Notes: a model not told the origin generated them from the sequence alone. Numbered from the stretch's first letter, positions 29,239-40,440 are shown. The stretch: 64,000 nt of DNA from an uncultured delta proteobacterium (GCA_963743305.1 CAVUPH010000033.1:64001-128000); one strand, 5' to 3'. Numbers and translations: made by a program.

Positions 29239-30424
29239 CCTGCCCGTCTGCGCCGGACCGGGTCCTCTGCCCGGGGTCCTGAACCAAGAGCGGCTCTCCG
29301 GAAGGGTTCATCGTTTTGGACGCCGATTGAAATCCTTGGGAATACCGGTGACCCTTACCGGGGTTCGCGATGCCCTGCGTTCTCTGCTCTATGTGGATAT
29401 AACCCGAAAAGCCGATTTCGAGATCGCCCTGCGGGCCAATTTAATTTTTCGAAAGGAGGATCTGGGTCTTTTCGAGGCCGAATTCGATTATTTCTGGCGT
29501 TCCCTGGAAATCCCGGAAGAACCGGGGCCCAGCCGGGAGTCCGGGATCAGCCCCAGCCTTTGGCCGGCAGATCGGGGGATGGGGGAGGAAGATTCACGCG
29601 TCGTCGAAGAGAAGACCGGAAGGCTTTTCAGCCGGGCCGAGGTGCTGGCCGAAAAAGATTTCCAGGCCTGGGAGGAGGACGACTGGCAGGAGGTCTCCCG
29701 CTGGGTGCGGCATTGGGTCCGTCCATTGATTAACCGCCATTCCCTTCGTTTTCGATCCTCCCATCGCGGATCGAGGCTCGAAATCCGAAAAATGCTTCGC
29801 CGGAGCCTGCGGGTGGGGGGGGATTTGACGGCCCTGGCCTATCGCCGGAAGAAAATCAAGCCGCGGCGGTTGATTTTTCTGGCCGATGTAAGCGGGTCCA
29901 TGGAGCAGTACGGACGGTATTTCTTTCTTTTTCTGCAGGCCTGGCTGCAGGACCGTTTTCCGGTGGAGGTTTTTGCTTTTTCCACCCGTTTGACCTATTT
30001 AACCCCTTTGATTAAATCAAAAAAGAGGGAAGAGGTGAGGGAGATCGTTTCCGCTCACGTCCCTCAATGGTCAAGCGGAACCCGGATCGGGGAGTCTTTA
30101 GGGCAGTTTTTACGGACTTACGGCAAAAAGCTTTTGGGGACCCGAAGTCTGGTCCTGATTTTCAGTGACGGCTGGGACTTGGGGGAGCCGGAGGTATTGC
30201 GGGAGGCCATGCGTAGAATTCACCGACGGTCTCATAAGATCCTCTGGTTGAATCCTCTGATGGGGTGCGCCGATTACCAACCCATTTGCCGAGGCATGGC
30301 CGCGGCCCTGCCCTGGGTGGATCGCTTACTTCCGGCCCATAACCTGCGCACCTTTTGGGAAACGGCGGCATTAGTCAAGAGCCTGTTGGTCACCGGAAAA
30401 TATGTTGATTTGGAAGGCGTATGA
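29186..30424 (+). CDS. VWA-domain CoxE-like protein
   Basis: DVSGSM MIDAS, GTRIG, SDGWD, WLNPL. Confidence 0.88.
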   Translation: MKDGGKPFLGPMPGPRVNLPVCAGPGPLPGVLNQERLSGRVHRFGRRLKSLGIPVTLTGVRDALRSLLYVDITRKADFEIALRANLIFRKEDLGLFEAEFDYFWRSLEIPEEPGPSRESGISPSLWPADRGMGEEDSRVVEEKTGRLFSRAEVLAEKDFQAWEEDDWQEVSRWVRHWVRPLINRHSLRFRSSHRGSRLEIRKMLRRSLRVGGDLTALAYRRKKIKPRRLIFLADVSGSMEQYGRYFFLFLQAWLQDRFPVEVFAFSTRLTYLTPLIKSKKREEVREIVSAHVPQWSSGTRIGESLGQFLRTYGKKLLGTRSLVLIFSDGWDLGEPEVLREAMRRIHRRSHKILWLNPLMGCADYQPICRGMAAALPWVDRLLPAHNLRTFWETAALVKSLLVTGKYVDLEGV

Positions 30425-30484
30425 CGAGAAATCGGGGAATGGTAATTCGATACCTTGAGCAATCTGAATCTCGGTCTCGGTAAG

Positions 30485-31609
30485 ATGAAAGTTTCCTTCG
30501 TTACCTCGGATTTGAAACTCTCGGGAGGAATAATGGTAGTCGCTGAATATGCTAGCCGTTTAGCCGCCCGTGGGCACCAGGTTTGCGTAATTAGTTCCGC
30601 GGGGGAGGCGAGCCCCTTGATCGCTCTTCTATTGTCTGAGGTAGAAATTAGGAAAACAGAAATTTCATTAGAGCGCGTTTTAAAAAATCGGTGGGGGCAG
30701 TTACGTTTTTGTTGGCAGTTAGCCCAAAAAGTTCCTTCCTCCGATTGGGTCATCGCCACACACACCCCGACGACTATTCCTACTCTTTTGGCCACCAGTT
30801 GGTTTTGGCGAAAAGGGAGTCCCTCCTGGTTGTACGCCGATTTCCGGGAAATGTTTGACACCCGGACCATGGAGCGATGGCTCGTTACCGTAGCTCCCCG
30901 ATTTTTTAAACGACTGCTGGTTTTCTCTCGAGACAGTCAGGAAGAAATTTGGAAGAATTGCAAAAAAAAATCGATGGTCGTGGGATTGGGTCTAAGCAAC
31001 CTGGCCGATTTCAATCAGGTAATTCCTAGAGCGGTCAACCAGACACCTTTTAAGGTAATGACCATTACGGATAAGCGGCCGAGGAAAGGATTGACTGATT
31101 TTTTGTCGGCCATGGACAGAGTCGGTCGGAAAATTTCTGGTCTTCAACTGATCATCGTCTCCAAGGAACCGCTGGAAGTGGATAGCAGTCTACCGTATCG
31201 ATTATTTATTAACCCACCCCGCAGTCGGCTGATAAAATTATTGCACGAGGCGTCCCTTTTCGTTTCCGCTTCTTGGAAGGAAGGGTTCGGGTTACCGCCG
31301 TTGGAAGCCATGGCCAGTGGAACCCCCGTGGTATTGACCGATTCAGGAGGAGTCAGAGATTATGCTCAAAACGAGGTCAACTGCCTTCTCGTGCCGCCGA
31401 AATCACCTGTTAAACTGGCGGAGGCGATTATCCAGTTGCTTAATGATAACCGGCTGGCAGAGAAATTCTCCCGAGCGGGGTTGGAAACTGTGAAAACTTT
31501 TTCCTGGGAAAAGGCGACTGACCGTTTTGAACAGGCGCTAAGTGGACCTATCCCGCGAGGGATTCTTCCATCCACTTGGAGAGTATTTTGGCCGCCGCGC
31601 CGACACTGA
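30485..31609 (+). CDS. GT4 glycosyltransferase
   Basis: EGFGLPPLEAMASGTPVV. Confidence 0.9.
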   Translation: MKVSFVTSDLKLSGGIMVVAEYASRLAARGHQVCVISSAGEASPLIALLLSEVEIRKTEISLERVLKNRWGQLRFCWQLAQKVPSSDWVIATHTPTTIPTLLATSWFWRKGSPSWLYADFREMFDTRTMERWLVTVAPRFFKRLLVFSRDSQEEIWKNCKKKSMVVGLGLSNLADFNQVIPRAVNQTPFKVMTITDKRPRKGLTDFLSAMDRVGRKISGLQLIIVSKEPLEVDSSLPYRLFINPPRSRLIKLLHEASLFVSASWKEGFGLPPLEAMASGTPVVLTDSGGVRDYAQNEVNCLLVPPKSPVKLAEAIIQLLNDNRLAEKFSRAGLETVKTFSWEKATDRFEQALSGPIPRGILPSTWRVFWPPRRH

Positions 31610-32617
31610 GGCGTTGATGATAAAGTCGGCGACCATTGGCCCCCAGGGTCTTACGCAGCGTATCATCCCCGATTAAGGTTTCAATCGCTTGGGCTAAGGC
31701 CTGGGCATTAGCGGTAGGACACATGAACGCATCCTGGCCATGGGTTAATACCTCGCGGTTGGCTGGGGTATCGCCAACAATAACGGGTTTAGCATTCGTC
31801 AAGAATTGAAAAGTTTTATTAGAAATAACGCGATGGGCCTTGGGAATATCTGAAAAATGCCCCCCTAAACAAATATCCGCCTGGGCGATGTAATGGGCCA
31901 GGTCTTGGTAGGGTATCGGGCCGGTGAACTCGATATTGGTCAATCTGCTCCGGTTAACCTCCTCCAGGCATTTGGGGAATAAGGGGCCCTTCCCCCCCAA
32001 GATAAAACGAATATGGGGGAGTCTCTTTGCGGCGTTAATTATGATATCCATTCCGTGCAAGGGGAGGAATCCGCTAACCGTAAATACAGTCGCCGTCTTT
32101 TGATGGACAAGAGACGGAGACCGCTCGGGGACTTGGTCGGGGCAGCCTAAGTACAATACCTCGATTTTTTTTTAAGGGCAGACGGAAAGTCTCGCTAAAA
32201 TAGTGGGCCTGGGCCAGGGAGTCAAGAATGAGGCGACTTGCGGACAAGGCCGCCCAGTCGATCCAAAGCATAGGACAAATAGCCGATGGGGGAACGGGGA
32301 GAGTATTTTTGGCGGTCGAAACAAAGGGTGTCGTAGACGGATATTAAGCTGTCAAAGAGGATCGGTTTGGAGGTGAGCCGTCGCAAGAAGGGAACAAGCA
32401 AGTGCCCGAAAAAACCGACTATAATAACATCGCTGTTTTTTATGGCACCTGAGGTAAGAAGTTTGTTGAATAGAAGTAAGGAGCGGAATAAAATAGATCT
32501 TCCCGGGATGTCGTCCGTGACCTCGACGATCTCACAAGGGTTCAAGGCCAAGGCCTGTAACAATGCGGCATTTCGAGGATAACTGGCTTCTCTTCCACAG
32601 GTAAAAAGTATCCGCAT
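31548..32617 (-). CDS. GT4 glycosyltransferase with two apparent +1 frameshifts (~32254, 32165-32173)
   Basis: Three consecutive ORF pieces join on removing one G and one A; FLPLHGMD, RVISNKTFQ. Confidence 0.75.
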
Positions 32618-32695
32618 CGCATTTCCTTGATTAGTGGATCGGTTCATCAGCGATTATAATGGCAGCCCCTGAAATGATCAAATTAAATTAGGTGT

Positions 32696-33604
32696 GTGGA
32701 CCTCCGCGTGTCCGGCCCAAAAATTTTTATTGTCATCGTAAACTGGAATTCGCCACAGGAGACGTTGGCCTGCGTCCATTCATTAGCCAAATCTTCCTAC
32801 CGTAATTTCGAAATAGTCCTGGTGGATAATGCCTCCTCGGACCATTCCGTAAGATGGTTTAAACAAGAACTTTCTCCTGTTGTCCTCTTGACTTCTGCCG
32901 TCAATTTAGGATATGCCGGTGGAAACAATATCGGGATACAGTATGCCCTGCAGCATCAAGCCGATTATATCCTTCTGTTGAACAACGACACGGAGGTTCA
33001 TTCTAACCTGCTTGAAATGATGGTCTGGGCCGCCCAGGAAGGGCCCGGGTTCGGCATTTTAGGGCCGGCGATCTATTATTTTGATGAACCAAGTCGGATA
33101 TGGGGGTTGGGAAGCAGATATAAATGGTGGTCCCCGATCCCCATCGATGTTGGACGAAATAAAGTAAATAGAGGTCGATACCAGGAATTTTTTGAAGCGG
33201 ATTACGTGACCGGGTGCGCCATGTGGATTAAGGCCACGGTGTTTGCCCAAATCGGGTTTTTGGACGAAAGCTTCTTTATGTATTATGAAGACGCGGAATT
33301 CTGCCACCGGGCGCGAAAGGCGGGAATTCATATCGGAGTGGTCCCCGGAGGAACGGTTTTCCATAAGGCTTCACGGAGTTCGAGATCGTTTCGCGGGGAA
33401 GCCCTCTATTATCAAACCAGAAATCGTTTCATTTTCTATAATCGGCTGGCCAAAGGGCCAAGGAAAGCAATGGTTAACCTATTCTTGGGGCTAAAAATCC
33501 TGCGGCTGGGTATGACCTTCCTATCCGACCGCGGGGCATTGGGTTTATTCTGGCACGGCCTCGGAGATGGCCTGAAAAGGAAAACGGGTAAAAGGGTGAA
33601 ATAA
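32696..33604 (+). CDS. GT2 glycosyltransferase
   Basis: VDNASSD, NLGYAGGNN, LLNND, FMYYED. Confidence 0.92.
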   Translation: MDLRVSGPKIFIVIVNWNSPQETLACVHSLAKSSYRNFEIVLVDNASSDHSVRWFKQELSPVVLLTSAVNLGYAGGNNIGIQYALQHQADYILLLNNDTEVHSNLLEMMVWAAQEGPGFGILGPAIYYFDEPSRIWGLGSRYKWWSPIPIDVGRNKVNRGRYQEFFEADYVTGCAMWIKATVFAQIGFLDESFFMYYEDAEFCHRARKAGIHIGVVPGGTVFHKASRSSRSFRGEALYYQTRNRFIFYNRLAKGPRKAMVNLFLGLKILRLGMTFLSDRGALGLFWHGLGDGLKRKTGKRVK

Positions 33605-33776
33605 AAAGTATGCTGATCTCACCCTATGCCAACCCGGTTAACTTCGGACTGTGGATGCCGTTTGCCTGTTTGCGCTGCGCCGGGCCTCACCAGCGCGCGA
33701 TATTCTTGCCCCGAGCGAACGAAATGTCCTCCTTCCTGCTGTTCGATCCCCTAGATCGCTACGAACGGTCTTTTGT

Positions 33777-34733
33777 ATGAAGATCATTCCTTGCCCTCTT
33801 TGTTCTTCCTCAGCAGATCTCCCCGTCGCGGAGGTGTATGACCGTTTAATGGGCATTTCTGGCCGGTTCACTATGGTTCGCTGCCCTTCCTGTGATTTAC
33901 ATTTTCTTAATCCGCAGCCCACCAGGGAGGAATTGGCGCCTTATTATCCCCAGGCGTATGATCCTTATGAGACCCCTCTACCTGATCAGTTATCCTGGAT
34001 AAAGCGACTGCTGGTTCGTTATGGATTTTACAAGCGTTGTAAAGAGGTCTTGAGATATAAAGGCCAGGGACGGCTATTGGAAATTGGTTGTGCCAAGGGC
34101 CTGTTTTTGCAGGCTATGAGCCAAAAGGGGCTTTGGGATCTTTATGGGGTCGAGACGAGTGAGTATGCTACAACGTTTGCTCGAAGGGAACTGCGGCTGA
34201 ATGTTTTTCATGGATCGGTTGAAGAAGCCCGGTTCCCTGACGGGTATTTTGACGTAGTCGTAATGTGGGATGTCTTGGAACATGTGCATGACCCAAAGAA
34301 AACCCTTCAAGAGATCCTCCGCACCCTTAAGTCCGATGGTGTATTGATCTTCAGGCTGCCGCTACTCGGCAGTTGGGATCAAAAGTTATTGGGTCCCTAT
34401 TGGGCCGGGTGGGACGCTCCCCGTCATCTGACCCTTTTCTCTAAGCTTACCATAGAAAGGATGCTTATTGATGCCGGTTTTCGAGTAAAAGGCATGTCCT
34501 GCATCTCGGGCAGTTACCCGGCTTTTGCCTTAGGGGTGCGTTTCTGGGTTCGCGAACGCCTTTCTTCCAAGGGCCAAAAAATGGTCCAAGGTGTGCTGGA
34601 ATCCTGGGCTGTTCGATTATTGGTTGCTCCTTTTTTCTTTTTCGTTGATCGTATGGTCAAGGGAACGGTCGTGACAGTCGTTGCCCTGCCTGCCAATAAA
34701 ACCCAGCTTCCCCTGTCACGACAGGGAAATTGA
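33777..34733 (+). CDS. Class I SAM methyltransferase with N-terminal Zn ribbon
   Basis: CPLC...CPSC, LEIGCAKG, WDVLEH, PRHL. Confidence 0.85.
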   Translation: MKIIPCPLCSSSADLPVAEVYDRLMGISGRFTMVRCPSCDLHFLNPQPTREELAPYYPQAYDPYETPLPDQLSWIKRLLVRYGFYKRCKEVLRYKGQGRLLEIGCAKGLFLQAMSQKGLWDLYGVETSEYATTFARRELRLNVFHGSVEEARFPDGYFDVVVMWDVLEHVHDPKKTLQEILRTLKSDGVLIFRLPLLGSWDQKLLGPYWAGWDAPRHLTLFSKLTIERMLIDAGFRVKGMSCISGSYPAFALGVRFWVRERLSSKGQKMVQGVLESWAVRLLVAPFFFFVDRMVKGTVVTVVALPANKTQLPLSRQGN

Positions 34734-34771
34734 TAATCTAATCGGTTCAGGAAAAAGTAAGGGAATTCGAA

Positions 34772-35557
34772 TTGGACGAACAGAATGAGAAAAAACAGAC
34801 GCGGCAGGAAACATTTCACCTTGGGCGACTTATTGAATTGCGGAGTAGTAAGGTCGAAACTTCCACCGATTGCCTGTCGGCCTATGATCAGTTACACGAA
34901 CAGGGCGGCCTTCAGCAAAGGGACTCATTTTATAAGTGGTTATTGAGTCTTTTGCCCCTCTGCCCGGAGAAACAACTACTGGATATATCTTGCGGCAGAG
35001 GGAAATTATTGCACTTTGCCAAGGAGGCAAGGCTCAAAACAACCGGGATTGACCTTTCTCCCGCAGCGGTTTTCGCCACTTCCCTGCTAGTGCCCCGTTC
35101 CAATTTAACCGTTGCCAACGCGGAAAATCTACCCTTTAAGAAAGACCTTTTTCATTATGTAACCAACATCGGAAGCCTGGAGCATTATTTCAATCCTGCC
35201 CGGGCCATCAAGGAAATGACCCGGGTCATGGCTCCCACCGGACTGGCCTTAGTCTTGCTTCCCAACACTTTTGGTTTTTTAGGAAATATCTTTCATGTTT
35301 GGCGCACCGGTGACGTTTTTGACGACGGCCAACCCTTGCAACGTTACGGAACTCCCCTACAATGGAGTACCTTACTACAAGAAAATGGGTTGCGGGTCAT
35401 CCGGGTCATTAAATACGAAAGGGAATTCCCCAGAACCTGGAGGGATGGGTGTTGGTATCTATGGCACCCTCATAAACTGGTTCGGGTTTTTCTGTCTTTT
35501 CTGATCCCTGTAAATTTTGCCAGTTTTTTAGTGTACCTGTGCCAAAAAGCCGATTAA
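34772..35557 (+). CDS. Class I SAM methyltransferase
   Basis: LDISCGRG, AENLPF, GSLEH. Confidence 0.85.
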   Translation: MDEQNEKKQTRQETFHLGRLIELRSSKVETSTDCLSAYDQLHEQGGLQQRDSFYKWLLSLLPLCPEKQLLDISCGRGKLLHFAKEARLKTTGIDLSPAAVFATSLLVPRSNLTVANAENLPFKKDLFHYVTNIGSLEHYFNPARAIKEMTRVMAPTGLALVLLPNTFGFLGNIFHVWRTGDVFDDGQPLQRYGTPLQWSTLLQENGLRVIRVIKYEREFPRTWRDGCWYLWHPHKLVRVFLSFLIPVNFASFLVYLCQKAD

Positions 35558-35628
35558 CCCGGAACAGGCCATGTGTATTCTGAACCTTGAGTCGAAATTT
35601 AAACGGTTTACAAATAGAGGTCTATGGA

Positions 35629-36682
35629 ATGAATGAACCTATTGTAGCCTGGATGAAGGTAAGCGTCAGGAAAATATTTTTATTTCGACTAATTACCTTC
35701 ATTCGCGGCACTACTTTTAAAAAAATTATCAATCTGATTTTAACAAAAATACAGTGTCGGCTGAGAATGGAAAGGGCAATGGGAATGCCTATTGAATATG
35801 TTATTGACCCAATAAACCAATGCAATTTGGAATGTCCCTTATGCCCTACGGGATTAAAAATATCAGGTCGAAAACTCGGCCAACAAAATCTGGAATCCTT
35901 CAAAAAACTGATTGATCAAATCGCTCCCCATGCGTATCGCATTGAATTATATAATTGGGGGGAGCCACTTACTTCATCCGAATATTTTTGAGATGATTGC
36001 TTATGCCACGGCCCGTAAGGTTGCCGTAGGATTAAGTACCAATTTGAACCGCTTAAACCCTGGATTGGCGAGGAAATTAATCGAGTCCGGATTGGCCCAG
36101 ATGATTGTATCTATCGATGGGTCAACCCAACAAACTTACGGAGAATATCGAAAACGTGGTAATTTGGACCAGGTTCTAACGAATTTAAGGCTGCTAATTG
36201 AGGAAAGGAAACGTCTTCAAAAGAAAGGCCCCTTTATAATCTGGAGGATGCTTATTGGAAAGCATAATGAAAATGAGATAACGGATGTCGCGAAAATGGC
36301 CAAAGAGATCGGAGTGGATGGGTTCATGACCGGGGGGCTGTTTATAAATACTGAAAATCCTGATCATATTGCCCGATGGATTCCAACTATTCCAAAATAT
36401 AACCCCTATTTCAAAAAGGATAAATTGGAAAATACCTGGGATTGTCGTGATTTGTGGGAAACTATGGTTATTAATTGGGACGGGGGAGTTTCACCTTGTT
36501 GCTGGCCCCATAAAGCGCAACACGATTTCGGCAATATATTTGAAAAGACGGTAGTCGAAATCTGGAAAGGAGCTAAATTTACTAGCGCCCGACGTCAAAT
36601 AGGGAAAAAGAAAAGAACCCCAAACGATCCTCAAACGCTATGTCATATCTGTAAAAGCCATCCGCGCTATTTGACGTATTGA
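35629..36682 (+). CDS. Radical SAM protein with SPASM/twitch domain; apparent +1 frameshift at ~35969
   Basis: CNLECPLC, NWGEP(LLHP), SIDG, C-terminal C...CC...CxxC. Confidence 0.8.
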
Positions 36683-36726
36683 CTTGCACCAGCTTATCCC
36701 TCTTCTTCCCGAGGATTCCCAAAAGA

Positions 36727-38163
36727 TTACGGTAAATACTTTTTCCCTTGAACAAAAATTCTGAGTACGCCTTTAAAATTATTCCACAAATGGAGCCAAT
36801 TTCTGGCATTGGTCAAACGGTTAAAGTTCATTCCGAGGTTGAAAATGTTGTGGGCAGTTAATTCCACCGAGCGTCTGAAACGGGACCACAAGTATTGAAG
36901 TTCCTGGTCCGAAAGCCCACTTAAATTATAAAAAATGGTGGCCTCTTCGGGTTTGTCCGGGTCCGAACTAAACGCCTGATCCCAATCCAGAATAGTATTC
37001 TTATCCACGTATTTATCGTAGAATTCGGTCCCGGGGTAGGGCGTGACAATATTTAAAGTGACCCGTTCAGGTCGAATTCGAAGGGCCAAGTCTATGGATT
37101 CCTGAACGGTTGCGGCAGTTTCTCCCGGAGTTCCGATCATAAAACAGGCACATCGACGAAGCCCTGCTTGGCGAGTCACCTCAAAAGCCCGAATTATTTC
37201 ATCGTGAGTTATTCTTTTTCTTAGCGTATTTAGTATCTTCGGTGACCCTGACTCCACTCCCATGTACAACATCGAGCAACCGGCCTCTTTCATCATTCGA
37301 GCGGTCTCATAATCTATCAATTTAACCGTGGAAGAGCACACCCAACGGATCTTGTTTAAACCCCTCGAATGGATTCCCTGACAGAATTCAGTCAGCCGAT
37401 CCTTCCGCAATGTAGTTAACTCGTCAGCAAATTCAAACCCATAAACATTAAAACGATCGACTACTTCTTCAATCTCGTCCAAGACGTTCTTGGCGCTGCG
37501 CATGGCGCAAAAATGTCCCCCCCAAACGGCAGCCGTTGAACAGAAAGCACAATTGTTCGGGCAGCCCCGCGCACTATAAATCATTGTTTTTCTTCTTATT
37601 CGCGGTGGGAAGGCCAATCCCGCCTTGTAGATGTGCATAGGCATCAAGTCCCTGGCTGGAAAAGGAAGGTTGTCCAGATTAAGGATGCGCTGACCTTGGC
37701 CTTGATGAACGATTTCCCCATTCTTTCGTATAGTGGTCCCCAAAACCCCTTCCAAGGATTCGCCCGAGTTCCACCGTTTGATAATTTCTAAAAAGGCGTA
37801 TTCGCCCTCATTGCGAACGACTACGTCAACAGCCGGGTCCTTAATGACTTCATCGGGACAGACAGTGGCATGGACACCCCCTATGGCAACTTTAACCCGG
37901 GGAAAAAAGCTTTTAGCCGCCGCGGCCAATTTCAGAGCGTTTTTGGCCGTAACGGTCATCATGGTTAGCCCGACCACATCGGGAGCCGCCTCTTTGATGT
38001 AGGTGATGGTCTGCTCCATGGTTAACCTTAAGGAACAGGCATCTAAAAGCTGGATATCGGCATAACCTTCTTCTCGGAGTACGGATGCCAGGTATCCAAA
38101 GCCTAACGGTTGCGAGGGGGTATTCGCTTTGGGCAAGGGCGGGGCAATAAAAAGGATTTTCAT
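36727..38163 (-). CDS. Cobalamin-binding radical SAM enzyme (class B methyltransferase-like)
   Basis: PLGFGYLAS, GGVHAT, SARGCPNNCAFC, GVESGS. Confidence 0.9.
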   Translation of the reverse strand: MKILFIAPPLPKANTPSQPLGFGYLASVLREEGYADIQLLDACSLRLTMEQTITYIKEAAPDVVGLTMMTVTAKNALKLAAAAKSFFPRVKVAIGGVHATVCPDEVIKDPAVDVVVRNEGEYAFLEIIKRWNSGESLEGVLGTTIRKNGEIVHQGQGQRILNLDNLPFPARDLMPMHIYKAGLAFPPRIRRKTMIYSARGCPNNCAFCSTAAVWGGHFCAMRSAKNVLDEIEEVVDRFNVYGFEFADELTTLRKDRLTEFCQGIHSRGLNKIRWVCSSTVKLIDYETARMMKEAGCSMLYMGVESGSPKILNTLRKRITHDEIIRAFEVTRQAGLRRCACFMIGTPGETAATVQESIDLALRIRPERVTLNIVTPYPGTEFYDKYVDKNTILDWDQAFSSDPDKPEEATIFYNLSGLSDQELQYLWSRFRRSVELTAHNIFNLGMNFNRLTNARNWLHLWNNFKGVLRIFVQGKKYLP

Positions 38164-38218
38164 ATTCTTACGTTATGGTCATTTTATCCGGGCGAGGAAC
38201 TGCAGAGAGAACGAAATA

Positions 38219-38255
38219 AAAAGGAGACGCCAATATCCATGGCGCCCCCTTTTTT
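38219..38255. terminator. Intrinsic terminator, possibly bidirectional
   Basis: aaaaggagacgcca...tggcgccccctttttt. Confidence 0.55.
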
Positions 38256-38288
38256 AGATTGAAAGGAAATTTTAGCTAGCTATGGCAA

Positions 38289-39626
38289 TTAATTGTTTGA
38301 GGCATCATAGCCGTAAAACTGGTCTCCGGCTAATGCGGTGTTGATTTCATTAACGATAGCGGCAATTTTACAACCTACCCCAGTACCGGTAATGGTTGCC
38401 GACCCGACATATTGGGGACTGGCAAATTGGCCGGAATTCTGGATAAAGGTAGCAGAATCTCCCGGAGCTAGACCATTAGCCACATCATTGGCCGGAGAAA
38501 ATGAGGTTCCCGGGCTGTAAGCAATGGTGACATCGCAGGGAGCCGTTCCGACGTTCTGGACCTGAAGCCCGGTATAGAAACCGCTGTTATTGGCCATGAT
38601 TAATGGAGCCAGCGCGCTGACCGTAGCTCCACTGGGGTTGAAGCCTTCATATGCGTTCCCCACACCTGCGGATCCGATTTGATTGACGATGGCGACTAAG
38701 TTGTTGCCGCCCGAGTTGGAGACGACAGCCCCGCCGACATATTTTTGGGTCCATTGGCCGGTATTGTGCAGTTTTGTGCAGGAGGCCCCGGGCGCAAGAT
38801 CAGGACAGGTTTCATCTGCCGGGGAAAAAGCCGCCCGTGTTGGGTGAATATTTTATCGTTACATTCGTGGCGGTGGCCCCGGTGTTCTGAACCTGTACCC
38901 CGGTATAAAAACCACCGTTATTGGCCATAATTAGAGGCAGGTTAACGTCAGTTGAACCACTGGAAAAACCATTATAGCCTAAAAGGACTTTGAGCCCCCC
39001 CTGGCCGACCTGCATGACCGTAGCTACTATGGGCGTTCCCCCGGTGCTGGTTACGGTAGCCGAGCCGACGAAACCGGCCGGCAAAGCAGCGTTGGTGGCC
39101 TGATCGAAGGTTTTAGCCGCTCCGGGAAGGATGGTGGCCGTCTCGGTGGTTGCTGGATCGGTGCTGTAGGTTACCGTAACATCCGTGCTGGCCGTCCCTG
39201 TGTTTTGAACGTTGAACCAGGTGTCGAACCCCGAATTCCCTTTCATCAGCAGGGGCAGGCTGATACTGGAGGAGCCCGAAGAAAATCCGTTGGTAGAGGC
39301 TCCGTAGGTAGGGAAATCCCCCAACGGTGTTGACAATAGCCACGACCTGCTGGTCGGACTCGATGATCACGGAACCATTAAAACCAGAAGGAGCATCGAT
39401 GGGAAAGTAGGTTTTTGAACTATTGGCCCAGAATGGTGTCCGTTGGACTGTTCACCACATTTCCAGCCTGGTCAATGTACTTGATTAGGATGTTGGCGGT
39501 CGTGGCGCTCAAATTCTGAACCTGAAAACCTGAAGAATAAGTAATGGCGTTAACCGGATTGCCCATCGACAACAATACGAACACTCCCAAGAAAACGATG
39601 GCTGAAATTTGGCTGACTTTTTTCAT
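38289..39626 (-). CDS. Secreted four-repeat beta-rich surface protein (~444 aa after removing three +1 insertions)
   Basis: Signal peptide ending VNA; four repeats with [Q/N]VQN and IVA..VN motifs; frame breaks at ~39428, ~39326 and ~38827. Confidence 0.75.
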
Positions 39627-40120
39627 ACACGGCTCCTTCCCTTTTTTGAAATTAGACTAGAGAATTTAGTTGTTGATTTTGGTATTATTTAATAATTTTG
39701 TCAATATAAAAAATAGGCTTGTTTAATCAAGATAATTATTAATTTCGTTTCAACATAGATGTTATCGGCCAGATAATGAAAAAGTTAAGTCTTCTTTTCT
39801 CCTTTCTTTGTCAAAAAGAATAAAGCGGATTTTATAAAAACAAAATGGGGTAAACCATGTATTTTGGTTCGCCAAACAACCTAATTTGTCGGGTTAAAAT
39901 AGGACTTCGGAATCTACCGGTCTTCATTTCCCGCTTTCAGGTTTTGCAAAAAGCCTTAAGCGATTACAACTGGCCATGGCGAACAGGAACAAGATATTGT
40001 GGTCTAAGTCTTCCTTAGACCCTCCATTTGGTGTCGGCCTTTGGGGAGGAAGGCCGGCCTCCCTGGCCGGCCGGTAACGAAAAACCTCTCTGAAAACAGC
40101 GAAGCCCTCCCCAGCAAAAG

Positions 40121-40387
40121 TCAGAGTTCCAATACGAGGTCCGATTTAGGGAGGGCCACGCAGGGGAGAATCAGGTTATGGCCAGGTGGTTCTTCGTCCA
40201 GACCGTCATCCACCTCCATGAATACTTCACCGGAAAGCAGCTTCACTTTGCAGGACCCGCAAACCCCCACATGGCATTCGTTTTCAAGGTGTATTCCGTG
40301 TTCTTCCGCGAAATCCATAATATTTTCAAAACGTTCATCCCATTTCAGGACTTTCCCGCTTTTTTTGAATTCAATGGTATAAGTCAC
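40121..40387 (-). CDS. 2Fe-2S ferredoxin
   Basis: CHVGVCGSC...ILPC. Confidence 0.9.
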   Translation of the reverse strand: MTYTIEFKKSGKVLKWDERFENIMDFAEEHGIHLENECHVGVCGSCKVKLLSGEVFMEVDDGLDEEPPGHNLILPCVALPKSDLVLEL

Positions 40388-40440
40388 GGGGTCAGGTTCC
40401 TTTCGTTAGAGACAGATTCTCGGAACAATGGAATAAGCAC

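Noticed and set aside
35629-36682. RiPP cluster around the SPASM radical SAM
   Set aside because: No precursor peptide, RRE domain, protease or exporter; the context is glycosylation.
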